The notes below the pieces were generated by a model. It had not been told where the DNA came from and did not search any database. It saw only the letters and a program-made list of their open reading frames with translations. Made by a program: the position numbers and the translations under genes. From contig JAUYJM010000007.1 in assembly GCA_030689285.1 (NCBI GenBank), forward strand, positions 1-36,649: a DNA stretch of 36,649 nucleotides. Direction: 5' to 3'. Shown here one piece after another: positions 33,281-36,649 of the stretch; positions within the stretch are counted from its first letter, which is position 1, and every line of letters starts with the position of its first letter. The stretch comes from a bacterium (GTDB taxonomy: Bacteria; Patescibacteriota; Minisyncoccia; Phycocordibacterales; GCA-002787175).

Positions 33281-34235
33281 AGCGCCTAACCGCTTCCATA
33301 ACTTTTGCTCTGGTTAAAATATCTTTTTCAAAGTTACCGTAACTGCTATTAAAAACGCCTTCGCAGAAATCATTGATGGCTAACAAAAACTGACTAGCAG
33401 GTTTTACAAAAATATTCTTTCTTACATTTTTCGTTTCTAAAATAACGTTGGTGGGTTTATCCACGTTGACAGAAAACGCGCGGCAAACTTCCAAACTTCC
33501 CGTTTCACCGTAAAGTTTGTAAAAAGACGAGTATTCTTCGCCCATCGCCGCCCTGCATTTGGCTTTCACCCCCCCGCTTAAAAACAGTTCAACTTCCGCG
33601 CTTACATCAATATCCAAATCTTTGTTTATTTCTTCTTTCCCTAAAACCTTGTGAGGCAAAGAATCCAGGTGAAATATCGCCGCGACAATGGGGTAACCGA
33701 GCGAATCGTAAGAAACTCCTCCCAAAAGCTCTGCTTTAAGTCTGATGTCTCCCGCATCAGGAAGCGGATAAGTAAAATGAGCGTCAAAAAACCCTATTTT
33801 TCCTATTTTTTCCGACAAATTTCTGACGATAGCGTGTTGCGGATGATACAAAAAAGCGTAATTTTCAAAAATTCTAACCCCTTTTTCTCTACAGATTTCT
33901 AAAGCATCTTTTGCTTCCGCCAGATTTAAAAACGCGGGTTTTTCGCAGATTATATGTTTCCCCGCTTCAGCCGCTTTTATGACCCACTCAAAGTGAAGAG
34001 GTGGAGGAGTAGAGATGTATACGGCCGATACTTCCTCGTCGTTTAGTACGTCTTCGTAAAATCCCGCCTTTTCCGCGCCAAACTCTTTTGCGTATTCTTC
34101 AGCCCTTACAAGATTTCTGCTTCCGATATGGCGCAATCTTGCCTTTTTGGAAGAAACAACGGCAGGCAAAAATCTTTTCTTTGCAACCCTTGAGCATCCG
34201 ATAATTCCAAATTTTATCGGTAAACTTTCAGACAT
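33267..34235 (-). CDS. Gfo/Idh/MocA-family NAD(P)-dependent oxidoreductase
   Basis: IKFGIIGCSRVAKKRF...EKP motifs. The ATG at 34235 gives an 8-nt overlap (ATGTCTGA) with the upstream cupin gene. Confidence 0.85.
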   Translation of the reverse strand: MSESLPIKFGIIGCSRVAKKRFLPAVVSSKKARLRHIGSRNLVRAEEYAKEFGAEKAGFYEDVLNDEEVSAVYISTPPPLHFEWVIKAAEAGKHIICEKPAFLNLAEAKDALEICREKGVRIFENYAFLYHPQHAIVRNLSEKIGKIGFFDAHFTYPLPDAGDIRLKAELLGGVSYDSLGYPIVAAIFHLDSLPHKVLGKEEINKDLDIDVSAEVELFLSGGVKAKCRAAMGEEYSSFYKLYGETGSLEVCRAFSVNVDKPTNVILETKNVRKNIFVKPASQFLLAINDFCEGVFNSSYGNFEKDILTRAKVMEAVRRSMKR

Positions 34236-34713
34236 GTTTGCTGTCTTTACTTTGCGTCTTGAAGAACGAGCTTTGAGGGTCGCCGTGGTCTCCTTGGCCG
34301 AGTCCCAAGTTTTCATGCCTGATCGGCTCTTTGCAGTCGTCCCAGCGTTTGGTCAAAAACGACACCGATTGACAGTCGGTAACAGCCAAAAAAACATGGT
34401 AAACGTTTCTTGGAATAAAGACGCAAGTCCCTTTGCTCATTTCAATGAAATACTCCTTGCCGGTTTTTAAATCTTTTTCCACCTCAACCCCGGTGCCGTC
34501 CACAAGCATAATGTACTCGTCAAATTCGGGATGGCAGTGGTTGCCGCGGATTTTTCCGGCTTTTATAAACTGATGAGTCCACTCCGCTATAGGTTGATCC
34601 GGCACAAAAGAAAAAATGGCACCTCGCCCGTCTTTTACGGTGTTAAGGTTGCAAGACGGCGTAAATAACCTCATTCGCATCGCAGTTTTAGTTTCAGTCT
34701 TTTTTATTTTCAT
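34228..34713 (-). CDS. cupin-fold sugar-nucleotide ketoisomerase/epimerase-like protein (WxcM/FdtA-like)
   Basis: ...KDGRGAIFSF...KAGKIRGNHCHPEFDEYIMLVDG... is a cupin His cluster. Confidence 0.65.
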   Translation of the reverse strand: MKIKKTETKTAMRMRLFTPSCNLNTVKDGRGAIFSFVPDQPIAEWTHQFIKAGKIRGNHCHPEFDEYIMLVDGTGVEVEKDLKTGKEYFIEMSKGTCVFIPRNVYHVFLAVTDCQSVSFLTKRWDDCKEPIRHENLGLGQGDHGDPQSSFFKTQSKDSKHV

Positions 34714-34735
34714 AAAATTTCCGTAAGCATACAGA

Positions 34736-35644
34736 TTAAGCGGCTATTGATTTGTAATATAAAACGGTTTCGGCAAGGCCTGTTCTAAAAGCCGTAAATT
34801 TAAAATCGGGGAGAAGTTTTCTGGTTTTTTTTGTATCCAGAACTCTTTTTCGCATTCCAATATATTTTGCTTCAGTATCGTACTTAATTTTGTTAGAATC
34901 GTATTCCAAAACATCGCTTACGGCCGCCGCGTATTCCCTAATGCTTTGTCCTTCTCCACTGCCGAGATTGAAAATATCGCTTTCACCTTTCTCTACCACG
35001 GCTTCAATAAGACGAACAGCGTCCGAAGCAAAAATCAATTCTCTAACCTGATGACCGTCTCCCCAAAGCACTACTGGATGATCCCCGTTAACCCCCGCAT
35101 AAATCTTTTTGATTAGGTCAAAGATAAAATGATTGTCTCCTGTTTCAAAAAGCGGACCGTAGAGAGTTGAAGGGATACAGTAGCGATATTGCATACCAAA
35201 CTGTTTTTGTAGCGCCCGAAGACCGGAAAGAAGCATTCGTTTTGTCATGGCGTAAGTATAAAGGTCTTTGGGCGGCTCCCCCTTCATATAATCGTCTTCT
35301 TTAAGCGCCTGGTCGCCATCCGGATAAGCACAACTCGTACCCATGGCTATCATAAGAGACTGTGGCTGAAATTCTTTCCAAAACCACAACATATTCGTGT
35401 TTATCTCTTGATTTATAATCCACTGCTCTCCCTGATGATAAAGACAAAAATCACCGGCTTTGGTCCAAGCCGCAAGATGGTAAATTCTATCAAACTTCTC
35501 ACCCTTAAACTGAAGAAGGTTTTTTTTCTCCCGCAAATCGCAATTTCTAGAATTTATGATTGTAACTTTATTCCCTCCTTTTTCCAAATGAGGAACTAAA
35601 TGCCTGCCCAGAAACCCCGTGCCACCTGTCACTAAAATGTTCAT
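34736..35644 (-). CDS. NAD-dependent epimerase/reductase (GDP-L-fucose-synthase-like SDR)
   Basis: ILVTGGTGFLG, YAMTK (Y-x3-K); 302 aa. Confidence 0.85.
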   Translation of the reverse strand: MNILVTGGTGFLGRHLVPHLEKGGNKVTIINSRNCDLREKKNLLQFKGEKFDRIYHLAAWTKAGDFCLYHQGEQWIINQEINTNMLWFWKEFQPQSLMIAMGTSCAYPDGDQALKEDDYMKGEPPKDLYTYAMTKRMLLSGLRALQKQFGMQYRYCIPSTLYGPLFETGDNHFIFDLIKKIYAGVNGDHPVVLWGDGHQVRELIFASDAVRLIEAVVEKGESDIFNLGSGEGQSIREYAAAVSDVLEYDSNKIKYDTEAKYIGMRKRVLDTKKTRKLLPDFKFTAFRTGLAETVLYYKSIAA

Positions 35645-36649
35645 ACGAACTTATTATAGTTATCTTTATCTATTACGCAAGGTTTCGGCACGGGTACTAT
35701 AAAAACAGTGCCGGATTTTATGTAATTTTTCATTTTTTTCAAAAGCTCCGGCAAAAAATTCCAAGCCAAAACTAAAAAGGCGTCCGGCGGCAAAGTCTTC
35801 TTCTCATCCCAAATCGGAATTCTGACGCCGGGAATGTACTTTCCGATTTTGAGCGGATTTACTTCAACCGCCGCCGAAACCAAATCTGGTCCGATGCCAA
35901 AAGAATTCAGCATTGTGGAACCCTTAATCGGGGCGCCGAGCGCGTAAACTATTTTCCCTTCTTTTTTAAATTTTTTTAAAATAGATAGGAGTTTGCTTTT
36001 CATTTTCCCTACCCTCCGAGCAAACATTTGATATGTGGCGAATTTGCCAAGCTCTCGCCTTTTTTCGTCCTCTCTCATCTTTGCCACCGAGGGACTCGCG
36101 CGTCTTGTCCCTTTTTTTGCAATCAGATACTCAATGGAACCGCCGTGTATCGGTAAAAACCCAACAGAAAAAACTTCCAAATCGTACTGTCTTAGAAGCT
36201 TTTCTATGGAACAAAGAGTCCAGTAAGTCAGATGTTCGTGGTATATCTGGTCAAAAGCCCCTATCTTTATCATTTGTCCCAGGTAAATAGCCTGTACGCA
36301 AAGCACTCCATTTTCACCGATAAGCTCCGCAATACCCTTTGTAACGGAATGAAGCTCTTCCAAGTGAAAGAATACGCCGGCGGCAGTTACCAGACTAGCA
36401 TACCCTCGTTTTGCGATAATCTCTCTTGTTACTTTCTCATTAAAAAACTTCGGCAAAGTTTCCAATCCTCTTTTGTTGGCGATTTTCGCAAGGTTCTTAG
36501 CCCCGTCAACACCGAGTGTTTTTACGCCGGTACCCCGCCAACATTCAAGCCACGTGCCGTCGTTTGAACCGATATCAACGACAAGGTCCCCTTTTTTGAG
36601 TTTTAACCTCTTTATGAGCCGTTTTGTGCTTTCTTCAAAATGCTTCTTT
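35641..36649 (-). CDS. class I SAM-dependent (NDP-sugar C-)methyltransferase, N-terminus beyond window end
   Basis: The frame stays open from 36465 to the window edge: ...KKHFEESTKRLIKRLKLKKGDLVVDIGSNDGTWLECW..., where DIGSNDG is SAM motif I. The C-terminal half resembles the C-methyltransferase C-terminal domain. ATGA overlap with the next gene. Confidence 0.75.
   Translation of the reverse strand, partial: KKHFEESTKRLIKRLKLKKGDLVVDIGSNDGTWLECWRGTGVKTLGVDGAKNLAKIANKRGLETLPKFFNEKVTREIIAKRGYASLVTAAGVFFHLEELHSVTKGIAELIGENGVLCVQAIYLGQMIKIGAFDQIYHEHLTYWTLCSIEKLLRQYDLEVFSVGFLPIHGGSIEYLIAKKGTRRASPSVAKMREDEKRRELGKFATYQMFARRVGKMKSKLLSILKKFKKEGKIVYALGAPIKGSTMLNSFGIGPDLVSAAVEVNPLKIGKYIPGVRIPIWDEKKTLPPDAFLVLAWNFLPELLKKMKNYIKSGTVFIVPVPKPCVIDKDNYNKFV

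Noticed and set aside
36463-36465. TTG at 36465 as the start of the last methyltransferase gene.
   Set aside because: The frame stays open to the window edge and encodes the SAM-binding motif (VVDIGSNDG) upstream, so the gene is truncated by the window rather than starting here.

Overview
The window looks like it comes from a small-genome, CPR/Patescibacteria-like bacterium. That assignment is an inference from three things: no L30 gene between rpsE and rplO, a fragmented ribosomal-protein supercluster, and many 4-nt ATGA gene overlaps.

Layout:
(a) 1-640: the 3' end of a tmRNA (T-arm plus acceptor strand), followed by about 500 nt with no credible CDS. This stretch holds a structured module whose inverted repeat recreates the tmRNA acceptor stem in permuted order.
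(b) 640-5110: an accessory, island-like segment. It carries a GT4 glycosyltransferase, an orphan structured non-coding stretch with its own terminator, a tandem-HTH XRE regulator, a second diverged copy of the tmRNA-end module, and four small orphan genes that are richer in G+C. I see no integrase.
(c) 5174-6441: infC-rpmI-rplT.
(d) 6509-10826 (minus strand): a beta-CASP/MBL RNase, a membrane protein, ndk, map and adk.
(e) 10846-19045 (minus strand): secY and the spc/S10-type ribosomal protein genes from rpsS to rplO. Five intergenic spacers here, and one in infC-rpmI-rplT, are filled by two families of roughly 100-140-nt palindromic repeat elements.
(f) 19342-22887: argS, which contains an in-frame heptanucleotide microsatellite, and an MsbA-like ABC exporter.
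(g) 23037-36649: a glycan locus. It holds a small DMT/SMR-like flippase candidate, an FAD oxidoreductase, a polyprenyl-phosphate GT2, a large GT-C-like membrane protein, another GT2, two FkbM methyltransferases, and two convergent operons for a modified (heptose-type?) nucleotide sugar.

I could not support any rRNA, complete tRNA, CRISPR array, transposase or integrase.

The most unusual signals are the duplicated, covarying tmRNA-end module (possible permuted tmRNA and/or att-site relic) and the repeat hairpins embedded in the ribosomal protein operons.
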